A DNA stretch of 31,803 nt, taken from positions 1-31,803 of IMG/VR virus record IMGVR_UViG_3300032053_000318. The stretch is one strand, 5' to 3'. This document shows positions 10,001-19,170 of this stretch, one piece after another. The stretch's first letter is position 1. Every line of letters begins with the position of its first letter. This DNA comes from a virus. Taxonomy: Duplodnaviria > Caudoviricetes. The notes beneath the pieces were generated by a model. That model had not been told where the DNA came from, did not search any database, and worked only from the letters and a program-made list of their open reading frames with translations. Both the position numbers and the translations under genes were made by a program.

Positions 10001-10708
10001 TGTTCCGTAAAGTAAGAGGCTGCTACGTATACGAGCAAAACGCTTACTCCAGTACCGCATGATATCGTCGGACGCCACAGTCTGGGCTTCTGTGTTCTTC
10101 TCTCGTATGACGTTGTTTAGGGTCCCTGTAGCCACGATAATGTCCCCGAAGGCTTGGTTCGCCAGCGTGAACATTATGTCGTAAGGGTTAACCTGAGCAA
10201 AGACGTTACCCTTGATGGTTTTCCCCTCCTGCGGGTTAGGAGCTGTGAACGCCGCGTTGACGTTCACCTTACAAATATCCCACCACTTCAGAATATCCGC
10301 ACAAGAGATACTGACAGAATGCTCACCCCCGGAGTAGCTGTCCCCAACTTCCGTAACGATACCCCAGAAAATAGGGTAGTATTGTGGAATACCTTCCACC
10401 AAGTAATACCCCTTGGAGTAGATTTCTACCTCCATCATCGACGTGATGATCGGATTACCGTCGAAGTAGAAGTCGTCGATGGCGTGCCGTGGAATTGACA
10501 AGTTGAACGAGGCTGATCCAGGCGCACGATCTATTCCCAGATCGGTTTGAACTGACGTGATGTACTTGTTGAAGTCGAACGACCTGGAACAGCTAGGGCA
10601 ACCTACGATCGCCTGCTCGCCATTCAAGTAGACAACCGTATCTGGAGCCGTGACCACAGTTGGCCGGACCCCAGATTGGTAGGTACCTTGATAGGGACTA
10701 CGAGCCAT
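7085..10708 (-). CDS. Baseplate hub protein (gp27/gpD-like) with long C-terminal extension
   Basis: Hub-type pattern: ASFNLSIP...IFWGIVTEVGDSYSGGEHSVSISCAD, FEFYMDVTGDIVFKPPFYN, ATVTIPMRAELRLGFPIYI...WYITGISHNIAFGGRATTQLTL. Position between tape measure/initiator genes and spike. Confidence 0.7.
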   Translation of the reverse strand: MARSPYQGTYQSGVRPTVVTAPDTVVYLNGEQAIVGCPSCSRSFDFNKYITSVQTDLGIDRAPGSASFNLSIPRHAIDDFYFDGNPIITSMMEVEIYSKGYYLVEGIPQYYPIFWGIVTEVGDSYSGGEHSVSISCADILKWWDICKVNVNAAFTAPNPQEGKTIKGNVFAQVNPYDIMFTLANQAFGDIIVATGTLNNVIREKNTEAQTVASDDIMRYWSKRFARIRSSLLLYGTQGVAVRGDTLFDTYSRAKGDKGAVVSTIIRDANGGVDGGQVVFDAASDQVAAYRFVTANAGNMDIWQSEYQTKLEIANTCKEALGFEFYMDVTGDIVFKPPFYNLDVLSNKPVSWIQDIDIIDWDFSESESSVVTQVVLKGSYGGTQDLGIDGPATPGTFVTDYRLLRRYGWRSQDHTSEFLSSPQAMYYYGLDLLDRINSARNQATVTIPMRAELRLGFPIYIAPKDQIWYITGISHNIAFGGRATTQLTLTAKRSKFIAPKGIGNIKLTSFNNVPDESKEGEKRTFRYSSRQLATGGIFKLEAGSAATLPPDEASYAAAAGVDNPFDPLILRHPKTGRIVGYPNVVMVYTRPYTPADISNQAGQKPASVPDPNLSVSDQQKRVERQTQTLPLQQDRLVTGARDQLIDKLGTNRYQYGLNSSGVYVYAHDTSAGGGVISELLLLPTKNVTVIDSKDILQSTTSVIVPVSDERGFEVIGNFQYGRRVSLRDGRLVVSGPNVTKAAVSLQLALSGDLSATLTAQSQGLTTVSTGYADPAATLATLTPDDTQTASTGVINPQTKRMEFVDVGDNFVDTAPLGSQEQKGVIQSVEAGQLSRALTLTEMSVKDGLSTRDEDCVCLTGRADLAFMNIGYTVQPLTGPSSTTDNSGLFQATVAGGPIEAGRQEQLEQNIAILRDQLTAGGAEAQQAAAEDVDLKLQAASERFTSLQSQLDAQQVSGGPLEAQLQEVRVEIARLQAELAARQTSANAGSVSARLQQAEDELDLLQRGASSSAGNPSEVVSKVDKFLVDLYSKLDTPHQQFEQAIRGDLLPRSLNSAVGQDPLESQDAFLSGLKLDALFSPTQVQPVDGQSEPSELAPPFSAPNRFNLGDVKAAVGAVESNARDLSKSWEDFSKNLKKDTTKTKLSLELANDKAQIARLTAQVDYLESQQASHTVVIGVNLKDEIDSRNEQIAKLQQDVLRKQTQLSTP

Positions 10709-12468
10709 CAGCCAGCCCCGGTAAAGTCGTTGGGCCCTACTGGACCCAAGCCATCATTGGACGGTAACGCAGGAGGCGGTAACGCCACATTCGGGCTAGG
10801 TTGAGGTGCAGTGTTCCCAGCCATGAGTGGGTTGCCCCCAGCACTGGTAGGAACGGAGGGCACAGTGGGCTTACCGTACATGTACTGGTTGTCCTCAAAA
10901 TGGTCCAAGAGGTACCACGAACGCACGGTGAACGAAAAAGAATACTCCAATGTGAAAGGAGCTGAATCGGTCTCAGTTAGGGTGAAGGAGTCGAAGGACC
11001 CTATGTACAAAATCTTGTCGTAGTAGAGGTAGATTGAGCCGACAACCGACAGGTTCTTAGCCCTGGAGTTTCCCGGCACAAGTGGATCTGGAAACCAGAT
11101 CCCTCCGTTATTCTTGTATATGAGCCACAGGGATAAGAGATTCTGGTAGCTCTTAGAGAACTGTCGAGCCGTTCGACTAAGCCCAGGGCCAGTTGGGTTA
11201 TTGGCGTCTTGAGCGAAGAACGCGGCAACTTTACCCGAAGCCTCGATCTTGTCCTGGTTGTCGCCCCAGTGTTCGACAATAGGGCCGTTCCTCCCCCAGT
11301 TACCGTCCGCTATGAGTTTCTCGGCTGTGACTTGGAAAGACTGCGGGTTGACCAACATTCGTAGCGGTGGTGTCCTAGCCATCAGTTCGAGGGCTTGCCG
11401 CATCTGATTGATCATGACCCGTTGTTGCTCTAGAAAGGACCCTTCCAATTCATCAGTTCTGAGGGATTTGGCAGCAACCTGTGAGGTAGTCTTGCTGGCC
11501 TCATTAGCACTTAGGGCCCCCAGCTCTACCCAATTCGTTGCAGGCTCACTGTCGGAGACGAACGGCACTTGCACAACGGGTGCCGTAGAAGTGTCCTTGG
11601 TGTCGGAAACCGATCGGCCCTGTAGCTTAAGCCAGACCTCAGGAGAGATGCGAGCTGGCCGCAATAAGTCTGGGGCATTGATTTTATCCGCTGCTCCCGC
11701 TGCTAAAGGCTGAGGGCGTGGGGTACCAGGCCCTCCTGGTACATTCTTCTCAAGCACCTCAAAATGCAGATGGGGTGCCACCGGAGGCCCAGGCAAATGA
11801 GTAGTACCCACGTACCCAATAACCTCACCACCAACGACTTTTTTACCTACCGAAAGACCGGGCGCAAACCCTTTCAAGTGACCGTAGACAGTGACGCGGC
11901 CATCCGCATGCTCGATCAAGACACAGTTACCGTAGCGGTCCCGAACACCATCCGGAGCAACGGTCACCACCGTACCATCCGCCGCTGCACGAACGTCAGC
12001 CCCAAGTTCCGCTCGAATGTCTATACCAGCGTGACGTTTTGCAGGACCAGGTTGGATCAACCTGAGGGAACCTGGATTACTAAAGGGGGAGCTTATCTTA
12101 CCAGTTGGCACTAACCCTGCCCCAGCTTTAACCGAAGTGGGTTCGTCGGTATCCGCTACCTCATCTTCAGCCTCAAGACCTACATCGGGGCCTTCAGCTA
12201 CGAAGGTACTGTCTAGAGATCGTACAGAAGCGGAGCGATCCAGGATTCTCCCTGTAACGTCAGAACTCGGAGGGACGAATCCGACCGCCATCACATTGAC
12301 GTCTTTAGGGCTTCGGAATTGTACCCCGGATAAAGGAATGAATTGCCCGTCAAGCGGTTCTGGCTGAGTCTCAAGAGCCTGGTAGAACGACAATAGCTCG
12401 TACACAGCGGGTTCGTAAAAATCCGCTGTATCTTCTATGTCTTGAGCTATCCGCTTCTTTGTGACCAT
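10708..12468 (-). CDS. Tail/baseplate protein with M23 peptidase domain and C-terminal tube-initiator-like domain
   Basis: M23 zinc motifs HAGID (HxxxD), YGNCVLIEH...YGHL and PHLHFEV (HxH). The C-terminal domain (LRMLVNPQSF...EHWGD...YIGSFDSFTLTETDSAPFTLEYSFSF) resembles the adjacent 249-aa protein. Confidence 0.8.
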   Translation of the reverse strand: MVTKKRIAQDIEDTADFYEPAVYELLSFYQALETQPEPLDGQFIPLSGVQFRSPKDVNVMAVGFVPPSSDVTGRILDRSASVRSLDSTFVAEGPDVGLEAEDEVADTDEPTSVKAGAGLVPTGKISSPFSNPGSLRLIQPGPAKRHAGIDIRAELGADVRAAADGTVVTVAPDGVRDRYGNCVLIEHADGRVTVYGHLKGFAPGLSVGKKVVGGEVIGYVGTTHLPGPPVAPHLHFEVLEKNVPGGPGTPRPQPLAAGAADKINAPDLLRPARISPEVWLKLQGRSVSDTKDTSTAPVVQVPFVSDSEPATNWVELGALSANEASKTTSQVAAKSLRTDELEGSFLEQQRVMINQMRQALELMARTPPLRMLVNPQSFQVTAEKLIADGNWGRNGPIVEHWGDNQDKIEASGKVAAFFAQDANNPTGPGLSRTARQFSKSYQNLLSLWLIYKNNGGIWFPDPLVPGNSRAKNLSVVGSIYLYYDKILYIGSFDSFTLTETDSAPFTLEYSFSFTVRSWYLLDHFEDNQYMYGKPTVPSVPTSAGGNPLMAGNTAPQPSPNVALPPPALPSNDGLGPVGPNDFTGAG

Positions 12469-12474
12469 TGCCTG

Positions 12475-13224
12475 CTACTCGACTCCATTACCAACTTCGC
12501 CTGCCGGACCGAAAACCCCGAAGTCCACACTCACATTCCTAGGCACCTCAACAACACTATTGGCAACATTGTTGTTCGTCTGTTGGAAGTTAGGGGCGTT
12601 CTCATAGTTAGTCTTACCCCTTGCCGAAGGATCTCGACTGAGCCCTGGGATCTTCATCAACTCTTCTTCGACCTTAAACGTCCAAGACACCTTAAAAGTG
12701 AAGGGTTGGTCGTCTGTTTCGGTCACATCAAAGGATCGGAAATACCCGATGTACGTGCCGCGATCAAAAAGCAGCATCACGTTGCCTTGCAGCACGATGT
12801 TGCCGTAGGGGTCGTAAACGCTCCCGTTGTTGCGGTAGAGATCATGCAGATCTCGGTAGCGATCCCATGCGATAGTCTTGTGGCGCAGCACTGAGGACAG
12901 CCCCGTAGATATGTTCATGAACGCGCCGGTCGAGCCATCAGCAGAGATAGCGGTCAAATCGTCCCCCCAGTGTTGCTCCACGAAGCCGCCCCGAGTCTGG
13001 ATTCGTTCAACTTTCTTAGAGTGGTTCTCCGTAAAGGTCTGCGGGTTGATGTGCATCACCAAGGCATGCGGCAACAGGCATCGCCGGTTGTTGAGCGGGC
13101 TGGTTATTTGGAAGGCCATTGGGATGTAGGACTTCCGCTGCTCAAGACCGTGCTGATAGTTGGGGTTCGTGGACGGAACCTGCAACAAGTCAGTATCTGG
13201 GTTAGGGGAAGGAATGTGGGGCAT
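12475..13224 (-). CDS. Tail tube initiator / baseplate tube-like protein
   Basis: INPQTF...TRGGFVEQHWGD...YIGYFRSFDVTETDDQPFTFKVSWTF pattern in the gene immediately after tape measure, the usual position of gpU/gp54-like proteins. Confidence 0.6.
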   Translation of the reverse strand: MPHIPSPNPDTDLLQVPSTNPNYQHGLEQRKSYIPMAFQITSPLNNRRCLLPHALVMHINPQTFTENHSKKVERIQTRGGFVEQHWGDDLTAISADGSTGAFMNISTGLSSVLRHKTIAWDRYRDLHDLYRNNGSVYDPYGNIVLQGNVMLLFDRGTYIGYFRSFDVTETDDQPFTFKVSWTFKVEEELMKIPGLSRDPSARGKTNYENAPNFQQTNNNVANSVVEVPRNVSVDFGVFGPAGEVGNGVE

Positions 13225-13235
13225 CGCAGTACCTC

Positions 13236-16200
13236 TCAGCGCAACCGCTTATTACGGTCATGCTCCGCAGCGCCCTCAACCACACGAGCGTCAATGAAAC
13301 GCCGCAGGTCGCCCTTCAACTCCAGCTCGACCTTCAGGTTCCCGCCACCACCACGGCCACCTGCGGGAGTGATCCGCTCTCCGGTGCCCACCGATGCCAA
13401 ACCTTCACCTGGGGCCGAACGGACGTTAGCTATACCATTGGCGATACTCGTTACAAGACCACCGTCCGCGTTAGGCGACAGCATCTTACCCAACGCAGCT
13501 TGAGGGCTCCCCATAGTTGTGGCACCGCCTACAACACCTGACCCAAAGCTACCGGGACTAAAGGCACCGCCTCTCAGGCCCTGAGCCACAACCTTTTGGT
13601 CCAAATCTTTGTACATGTAATACTCGAACAAACCCGTGCGGATAGCCTCAAGGGTGGCTCCACCCATCTTGTCAACTGTGCTCTTCTCAATCGGAATACC
13701 CCTCTTGAGGGTGTCCGTCACACCCCCCACAGCCGCCGTAGTAGCCTCCACATCAGCGGGGGTAGCGGGGACGGTGGCAAGGGCGGCAACGGCAGGAGAG
13801 GCGGCAGGAGAGGCGGCAGGAGAGGCCTTTGGGGCCTCTTTGGGGGCATCACCCCCAAAGAAGTCAGCCACGCCACTCGCCATATCCGACCACACGCTTG
13901 TGGTGGGGGCGGCCTTGGGGGCAGTAGGGGCGGCCTTGGGAGCGGCGGCACCATCAGCAGCCTCCTCAGTGGCCTTTGTCAGCCTCTCCATGACTGCGAC
14001 GTAATCCGTCTGATCTAAGTAGTAGGCCAACTTCGTGGCCATCTCATCAGCGGTCAATTTCCGACCCAGCTTTGCTTCGGACGCCTCGATATCAGCAGTG
14101 GATTGCTTCTTTGTGTTAGTGAAGCCGTGTCCCGCTATGGTCCTATTTGTGCTGCTATCCGCAACGGCATCCTCAAGGGCTGCCACAATAGCCGCTTTAT
14201 CGTCCTCGCTACTCGCACTCATTTTGTCCGCGAGTGCAGGCAAGACCACTTTAGACAACGCATCCTTCTGGTACTTCGCCGCGTCCTCCCCGGATGCCTT
14301 CCAGGCACTCATGAGTTCTGTGTTTTTAGATTTCTCTAAGCCAGCTTGGATTTTCTCACCCTTGACATCCGCATCACTCTTCCCACCAAACATCGGGCTG
14401 TCAGCAATTTTCTTGAGGGAGGTGAAAATCTTGGTCAGGAGATTCTCTACCAAGATGGAGAACTCATCTAGAGTGCTCACGGTAAGGTGTGCAGTAGCGT
14501 CTTGGAACTCCTTTGTTTTTGCCGAGGCTTTGAGCAGATCTTGCTGGCCTTGAGTGAAGCTGTTGTAGATATCCTGATCATCTGCACCACGCACGTTAGC
14601 AGCAGTGGCGGCTTTCCCAGTAAGACCGCTCAGCTTCTTCAGTTGAGCCGTCTCTTTGACCGTCAAAGACAGACCCTTTTCCAACTTTTTGGCAAGGGTC
14701 TCCCGCGTAATCTCCAAACTCCCAGACATGAGAGCCATCTGAGTTATCATGTCCTCGCTCTGACCCGTCATCCCCTTGAAAGCAATGATCTGAGTGCCCG
14801 AAAGTTTCGCCAGAGGTGTGCCGAAGTTCTTCTGAGCCAGGGCCTCAAGTAACGCCATGTTCTCCCCAGGACCCTGATCTTTAATGACCATGGCCAGATC
14901 AATAGAGTTCTTAGTGTTTAGGCGACCCTGATTAATGGCGAGTCGTTCCAAGGCCCCACGTTGGTCGGATGTGATCTTATCCCCAAGTGTGGCCAACAAA
15001 CCGGACATCCCTTTGGTGTCCCCCTTAGAGATAGCATCTTTCAGGGCTAACATGGAGGCAGGATCAACTTTGGCCCCCAGGTCGCTTACGGTACTTTCAA
15101 CCCTGCTGGATAACCCCTTCTGAGCGATACCCCTGGCTTTACCCTCACCAGCCAACATGACTGTTTTCAAGTTATCTAAGACATCGCCCTTACCGAAATC
15201 GGTGAGTGTGCGAAGGAACTTTGCTGAGTCCCGAGGATTCATCACCTTGCCCATAGCAGTGAGCGCTGTGGTGACGTCAACCATGCGTAGGGCAAACAGG
15301 GACAAGTCTGTGGAAAAGCTTTTGATGATCCCAAAGAACTTGTTGCTCGCCATCCCAGCCTCAGCCGCACCCTGCGTTAGGCGTTCATACTCCACAGTGA
15401 GGCTGGTTAGGCTCATCCCTACTTCGCTGGTAAGCTCCCCTTGAAGTTGAGTAAGTTCACTCAAACTAACGCCCCAATTCCTAGAGTATGCAACGCTAGT
15501 CCACATCACGTCGTTGAGGCCTGATAGCCCACCGGACAGCTTACTCACTTCTTTTGGGACCTTCGCGATTTGATCGTTGAGCATCGAAAGAGTCACACCC
15601 TCAGCCCCGAGCTGAGACTGAAAAGATGAGGTCATTTCCTTGGTGATGCCTCGCTGCACGTTGACCAGACGTGAAGCCTCGTCATAAGCCACACCCATAG
15701 CCTTCTCGGCCGCAGCGGCACCCAAGCCTACATTACCCATGCTACCGGCCAAGAAATCGGCGCTACCAGAAGTAGACAGAATTTCCTTCTGGAAATCCTT
15801 CATGGCTGCTTCCGCACCCAGGAGGAATTTAACAATGCCCATGATAACCCCACCAATCATACCCAGCATGGGGAGCATCGTACTAATCCCCTTAAGCACG
15901 GGGGCGATACTGGACGCAAGCTTACCGATAACCCCGATAACGCCCTTCATCGCTGGGTCGCCACCCGTGGCTTCTTCTTTCTTGGCAGCGGTATGCATCT
16001 TACCGATAAGGTCTAGCTTGGAAACGGTTTTTCCAAACACCCTGCCCAACCCTACAAAGATCCCCGGCAAGTCCTTTGAGGCGAAAGCCCTAAATGGTTC
16101 TGACAAGTCCTCCCCAGACGCCTTGAGTGCATCAGTCAGGCCCTGTATATTCACACTCTTTTCCAAATCCTGGTGGGGCTCTGCCATGCTCTCCCCAGAT

Positions 16201-16784
16201 GCTTCAAGTTCTCTGAGGGTCGCTAACTCCTGCTTCTTGACACTGAGGATGCTTTCAGCCCCCTTCAGAGCGACTTCCTGGGCTCGAACCATCTCCATGA
16301 CGGACTCGACGTTTGCCTCAGCCGCCGCCACCTTACTCTTTGAGGCCGCTATAGCGGCCTCATCAACACGCAACCCGCGCTTCTGGTTCGCAAGCTGCTT
16401 CTGACCAAGGGCGTAATCGTCCTCTCTAAGGGACTTCAACTCCTTCTCTGCGTTGGTCTGTCGCGTCTTTAGTTCAGTAACGACCGCCAAAGTCTGATTA
16501 GCTGTCTTCACAACTTCAGCAAACGACAAGTTAGTGGACGCAATTACGTCCCTAATCGCTTTGCGGGATTTCAACTCCTTCTGCAAGACAGGGCCCACCA
16601 CTTGCTTGACCCGACCCATCCTGTAAAGATACTGAGTAAGGCCCTTGTTCAGATCCTTCTCATTCCTCTCAACCACCTTGAGTTTCTTGGTCAACTCCTT
16701 CTGAAATTTAGTGGCTTGCGAGATCGCGGTCTGAGAATCGACCGCAAACTTGAAGTTGACTACTTCTGGTTTTTCAATAGCCAC
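13236..16784 (-). CDS. Tail tape measure protein
   Basis: 1182 aa, Ala/Lys/Leu/Gly-rich and helical, with a hydrophobic amphipathic segment (MLPMLGMIGGVIMGIVKFLLG) and a C-terminal ADGG...GEG...GERITP motif. It lies between chaperone-like and baseplate genes. Confidence 0.8.
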   Translation of the reverse strand: MAIEKPEVVNFKFAVDSQTAISQATKFQKELTKKLKVVERNEKDLNKGLTQYLYRMGRVKQVVGPVLQKELKSRKAIRDVIASTNLSFAEVVKTANQTLAVVTELKTRQTNAEKELKSLREDDYALGQKQLANQKRGLRVDEAAIAASKSKVAAAEANVESVMEMVRAQEVALKGAESILSVKKQELATLRELEASGESMAEPHQDLEKSVNIQGLTDALKASGEDLSEPFRAFASKDLPGIFVGLGRVFGKTVSKLDLIGKMHTAAKKEEATGGDPAMKGVIGVIGKLASSIAPVLKGISTMLPMLGMIGGVIMGIVKFLLGAEAAMKDFQKEILSTSGSADFLAGSMGNVGLGAAAAEKAMGVAYDEASRLVNVQRGITKEMTSSFQSQLGAEGVTLSMLNDQIAKVPKEVSKLSGGLSGLNDVMWTSVAYSRNWGVSLSELTQLQGELTSEVGMSLTSLTVEYERLTQGAAEAGMASNKFFGIIKSFSTDLSLFALRMVDVTTALTAMGKVMNPRDSAKFLRTLTDFGKGDVLDNLKTVMLAGEGKARGIAQKGLSSRVESTVSDLGAKVDPASMLALKDAISKGDTKGMSGLLATLGDKITSDQRGALERLAINQGRLNTKNSIDLAMVIKDQGPGENMALLEALAQKNFGTPLAKLSGTQIIAFKGMTGQSEDMITQMALMSGSLEITRETLAKKLEKGLSLTVKETAQLKKLSGLTGKAATAANVRGADDQDIYNSFTQGQQDLLKASAKTKEFQDATAHLTVSTLDEFSILVENLLTKIFTSLKKIADSPMFGGKSDADVKGEKIQAGLEKSKNTELMSAWKASGEDAAKYQKDALSKVVLPALADKMSASSEDDKAAIVAALEDAVADSSTNRTIAGHGFTNTKKQSTADIEASEAKLGRKLTADEMATKLAYYLDQTDYVAVMERLTKATEEAADGAAAPKAAPTAPKAAPTTSVWSDMASGVADFFGGDAPKEAPKASPAASPAASPAVAALATVPATPADVEATTAAVGGVTDTLKRGIPIEKSTVDKMGGATLEAIRTGLFEYYMYKDLDQKVVAQGLRGGAFSPGSFGSGVVGGATTMGSPQAALGKMLSPNADGGLVTSIANGIANVRSAPGEGLASVGTGERITPAGGRGGGGNLKVELELKGDLRRFIDARVVEGAAEHDRNKRLR
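13791..13826. repeat. 3x 12-bp tandem repeat (ggcaggagaggc) encoding (ASPA)3 in tape measure
   Basis: Exact copies at 13791, 13803 and 13815. Confidence 0.9.
13903..13944. repeat. 2x 21-bp imperfect tandem repeat encoding (A/T)APKAAP in tape measure
   Basis: gtgggggcggccttgggggca / gtaggggcggccttgggagcg. Confidence 0.8.
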
Positions 16785-16787
16785 GGA

Positions 16788-18065
16788 TCATGTCTTTCTT
16801 CTGAACGGTGGGGTCCGAGGGGCTACAGTCGCAGGTAACGAAGTAGCCTGTGCTGTATCGCGATCTGTAGTAGAAACTGCCGCATCTGGGCCCAGTTCCC
16901 ATCGCTGTAAAAAGTCTTGAGTCTTACCGTCATGGATCTCCGGGTACACCTGCCGTCTACCAGCCTCTTGAGCTTGAAGCTGTTTGCGGCGCTCTACCCG
17001 CCTACCTACCTCACCGGGTGTTATACCTTGCATGTCGGAACCACCCACGACATCATGGTCGCCAAACTGAATAGCATTCTCTTTTGCCACGACTTCAATC
17101 TGATTCCGACGCGCATTGTACTGATCTCGGATCTTCGTCTCGTGGGCATCGATCACCTGATCGTGCCAATCCTTATCCCCACGAAGATCCTTCTCTAGCT
17201 GAGAAGCCAGTTCCTCAACCGTACTGGCGGACGTAACCACAGCACCGGGGGTCATAGTAACGTTAGAATCAGGTCTTTCGCCTAAAACGACCTCCCGAAG
17301 AAGTTTGTCTTTACGGGCCAGGCGTTCTTCCTTGTCCTTACGCCTACGCTCGTTGTCCTGGTTGTAGACCTTTGTGATACCCTTACCAGCGAAGCAGGAC
17401 CCTACAAATTTAGAGTTCTCCCACTCCCGCTCGTGCTGCTCATTCCTGTCCTCAGCGTGGTTGACGGCTCTCCAAAGTTGCTGTGCCCAATTGAGGCCCA
17501 GGTGTTGGGTGCCCTCTAGGCCCGTTACGGCAGTCGAGGTCAAATCCAAACCTTTAGTTTGCATCCAACGGTACCGGGACACCGATTCCATCGCGTACGC
17601 CTCAGTAAGGATCACAGCGTTAGAAGACCGGCGATTCACGTTACTCACGTGCCGAACAATCATAGCTCTGGCTTCTTTGGGCAACGTCTCAAACAACTCA
17701 GCTAACTTAGGAAGCCACTTAGAGCGCTCCGAAAGAATGTTGATACCGTCAACCATGAACACGCCATAAGCCAAGAAGGTGGACCAAAACTTAGCTGTGA
17801 CGCGATTGCCCCTTAGGCCGCCCCCTAACCTAAGCAGCTCGAACTCGTGGTGATTCAAGCTCTTGAACACGAAGTACACATCGTTTATCTCGGCAGCTAC
17901 CGTGATAAACCCGCGATAGAGCACAAATTCAACGTCCCGATAGACCTCTAGGTTAACCTCCGGCTCTTTAGGAGCCGTGATGTGGATGGCCTGAGACCCG
18001 TCGTGCTCAGCACGTAACCTTGTCTGCTCCGCCTCGTACGCCTGTGCCTGTGCTGCCTCTGACAT
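16788..18065 (-). CDS. Putative tail assembly chaperone-like protein 2
   Basis: 425-aa ORF directly before tape measure. Its N-terminal domain resembles that of the upstream 369-aa protein, and the C-terminal half is charged and helical. Confidence 0.5.
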   Translation of the reverse strand: MSEAAQAQAYEAEQTRLRAEHDGSQAIHITAPKEPEVNLEVYRDVEFVLYRGFITVAAEINDVYFVFKSLNHHEFELLRLGGGLRGNRVTAKFWSTFLAYGVFMVDGINILSERSKWLPKLAELFETLPKEARAMIVRHVSNVNRRSSNAVILTEAYAMESVSRYRWMQTKGLDLTSTAVTGLEGTQHLGLNWAQQLWRAVNHAEDRNEQHEREWENSKFVGSCFAGKGITKVYNQDNERRRKDKEERLARKDKLLREVVLGERPDSNVTMTPGAVVTSASTVEELASQLEKDLRGDKDWHDQVIDAHETKIRDQYNARRNQIEVVAKENAIQFGDHDVVGGSDMQGITPGEVGRRVERRKQLQAQEAGRRQVYPEIHDGKTQDFLQRWELGPDAAVSTTDRDTAQATSLPATVAPRTPPFRRKT

Positions 18066-18070
18066 ACAGC

Positions 18071-19168
18071 CTAGATCTTGGGTTGAGGCTTAAATCTTGG
18101 GTTGATACCGGCAGAAGGGGGTTTATCCAGAATCGTAGCCAAACCCGACGCATCAAAGGGCTCTCGTTTGCGTACCTCCACAGGCCCCTGCGGTTGATCA
18201 GGGCGGTACACTTCGATCAAACCATGACTGTCGGCAGCCCCTTCCAAAGCGGCAATCTCAGCCCCACGCTTCAATGCAGGTGACGTGTCTTGAGATGCCT
18301 GTGCTGCCACCACCGGTACCGGCGTACGAGATGCGATCACCTGTTGTAGGGTCAAATGTGGATCCATGGGACGACCCGCAGACGGGCGGGCTTGATCAGC
18401 AGCGGCTTGATCAGCAGCGGCTTGCTGAATAGCGGCTTCTGCCGCAGCAGAGGCTTGATCAGCAGAGGCTTGCTGAATAGCGGCTTCTGCCGCAGCAGCG
18501 GCTTGATCAGCAGCGGCTTGATCAGCAGCGGCTTGATCAGCAGCGGCTTGTGCCCTGGCCAACTCATCGGTCTTGGTCATCGCTGCCTTGATTTCGTCAG
18601 CAGTGGATTTCCGCATGAGCCCAAGCTCATCCAAAATCGAAGTCACCATAGACTGCGGCATGGCCTCCTCGCACTCCTGTGCTTCCAACAGCAACCTCCG
18701 ATACTTGTCCTCATCCCGCTCATCGGAAAGAACAAAGGTTACGCCCTGCTTAGCCTTGATCTCAGCCGCTCCAACCACGTCACCAAACTTACGGAAAGCT
18801 GTGAATATAGCCTCCTTGCCCCATGTACCAAGTACCTGTTTGTTCAGATACGCATGCAGCTCGTGCTTCACAGTTTTAGTTTGACCCGGCCTCTTAGGGT
18901 CGTCCTCATCAACCTCTACGAAAGCAGTGTCACGGAGATCAACCCCATTGAGAGACACTATCGAACGCGCAATGTGCCCCCGCTGGTAGGCATTCAAGTA
19001 CGCCATACCGTCAAGACCATCGCAATCTTGTAGGATAGAGTTGTACTCGTCCTGCCTAAGATTACGAAGGACAAGTTCACAATCTTCAATTGTGAATGCC
19101 TCCTCAACCAAACCGACATTCTTGGCTTTGGCGAGGGCGTCCTTGAGTTTTTTACCGTCTATTGCCAT
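18071..19168 (-). CDS. Putative tail assembly chaperone-like protein 1
   Basis: First gene after the tube. The ORF track starts at 19180, but ATG at 19168 (MAIDG...) has a GAGGA Shine-Dalgarno 5 nt upstream. The LVLRNLRQDEY...IARSIVSLNG pattern is chaperone-like. Confidence 0.55.
   Translation of the reverse strand: MAIDGKKLKDALAKAKNVGLVEEAFTIEDCELVLRNLRQDEYNSILQDCDGLDGMAYLNAYQRGHIARSIVSLNGVDLRDTAFVEVDEDDPKRPGQTKTVKHELHAYLNKQVLGTWGKEAIFTAFRKFGDVVGAAEIKAKQGVTFVLSDERDEDKYRRLLLEAQECEEAMPQSMVTSILDELGLMRKSTADEIKAAMTKTDELARAQAAADQAAADQAAADQAAAAAEAAIQQASADQASAAAEAAIQQAAADQAAADQARPSAGRPMDPHLTLQQVIASRTPVPVVAAQASQDTSPALKRGAEIAALEGAADSHGLIEVYRPDQPQGPVEVRKREPFDASGLATILDKPPSAGINPRFKPQPKI
18389..18550. 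repeat. Compound coding tandem repeat: six 15-bp units (AAADQ) and two 33-bp units (AAAAEAAIQQA)
   Basis: ggcttgatcagcagc units are interleaved with ggcttgctgaatagcggcttctgccgcagcag units in plus-strand order A-A-B-A-B-A-A-A. Confidence 0.9.
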
Positions 19169-19170
19169 GC

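Noticed and set aside
18060-18130. Programmed -1 frameshift between the chaperone genes
   Set aside because: No XXXYYYZ slippery site was found near the junction. Only a 12-bp direct repeat (atcttgggttga x2) of unclear meaning is present.
18389-18550. Possible CRISPR-like array
   Set aside because: The units are tandem, in-frame coding repeats with no unique spacers, and there are no cas genes.
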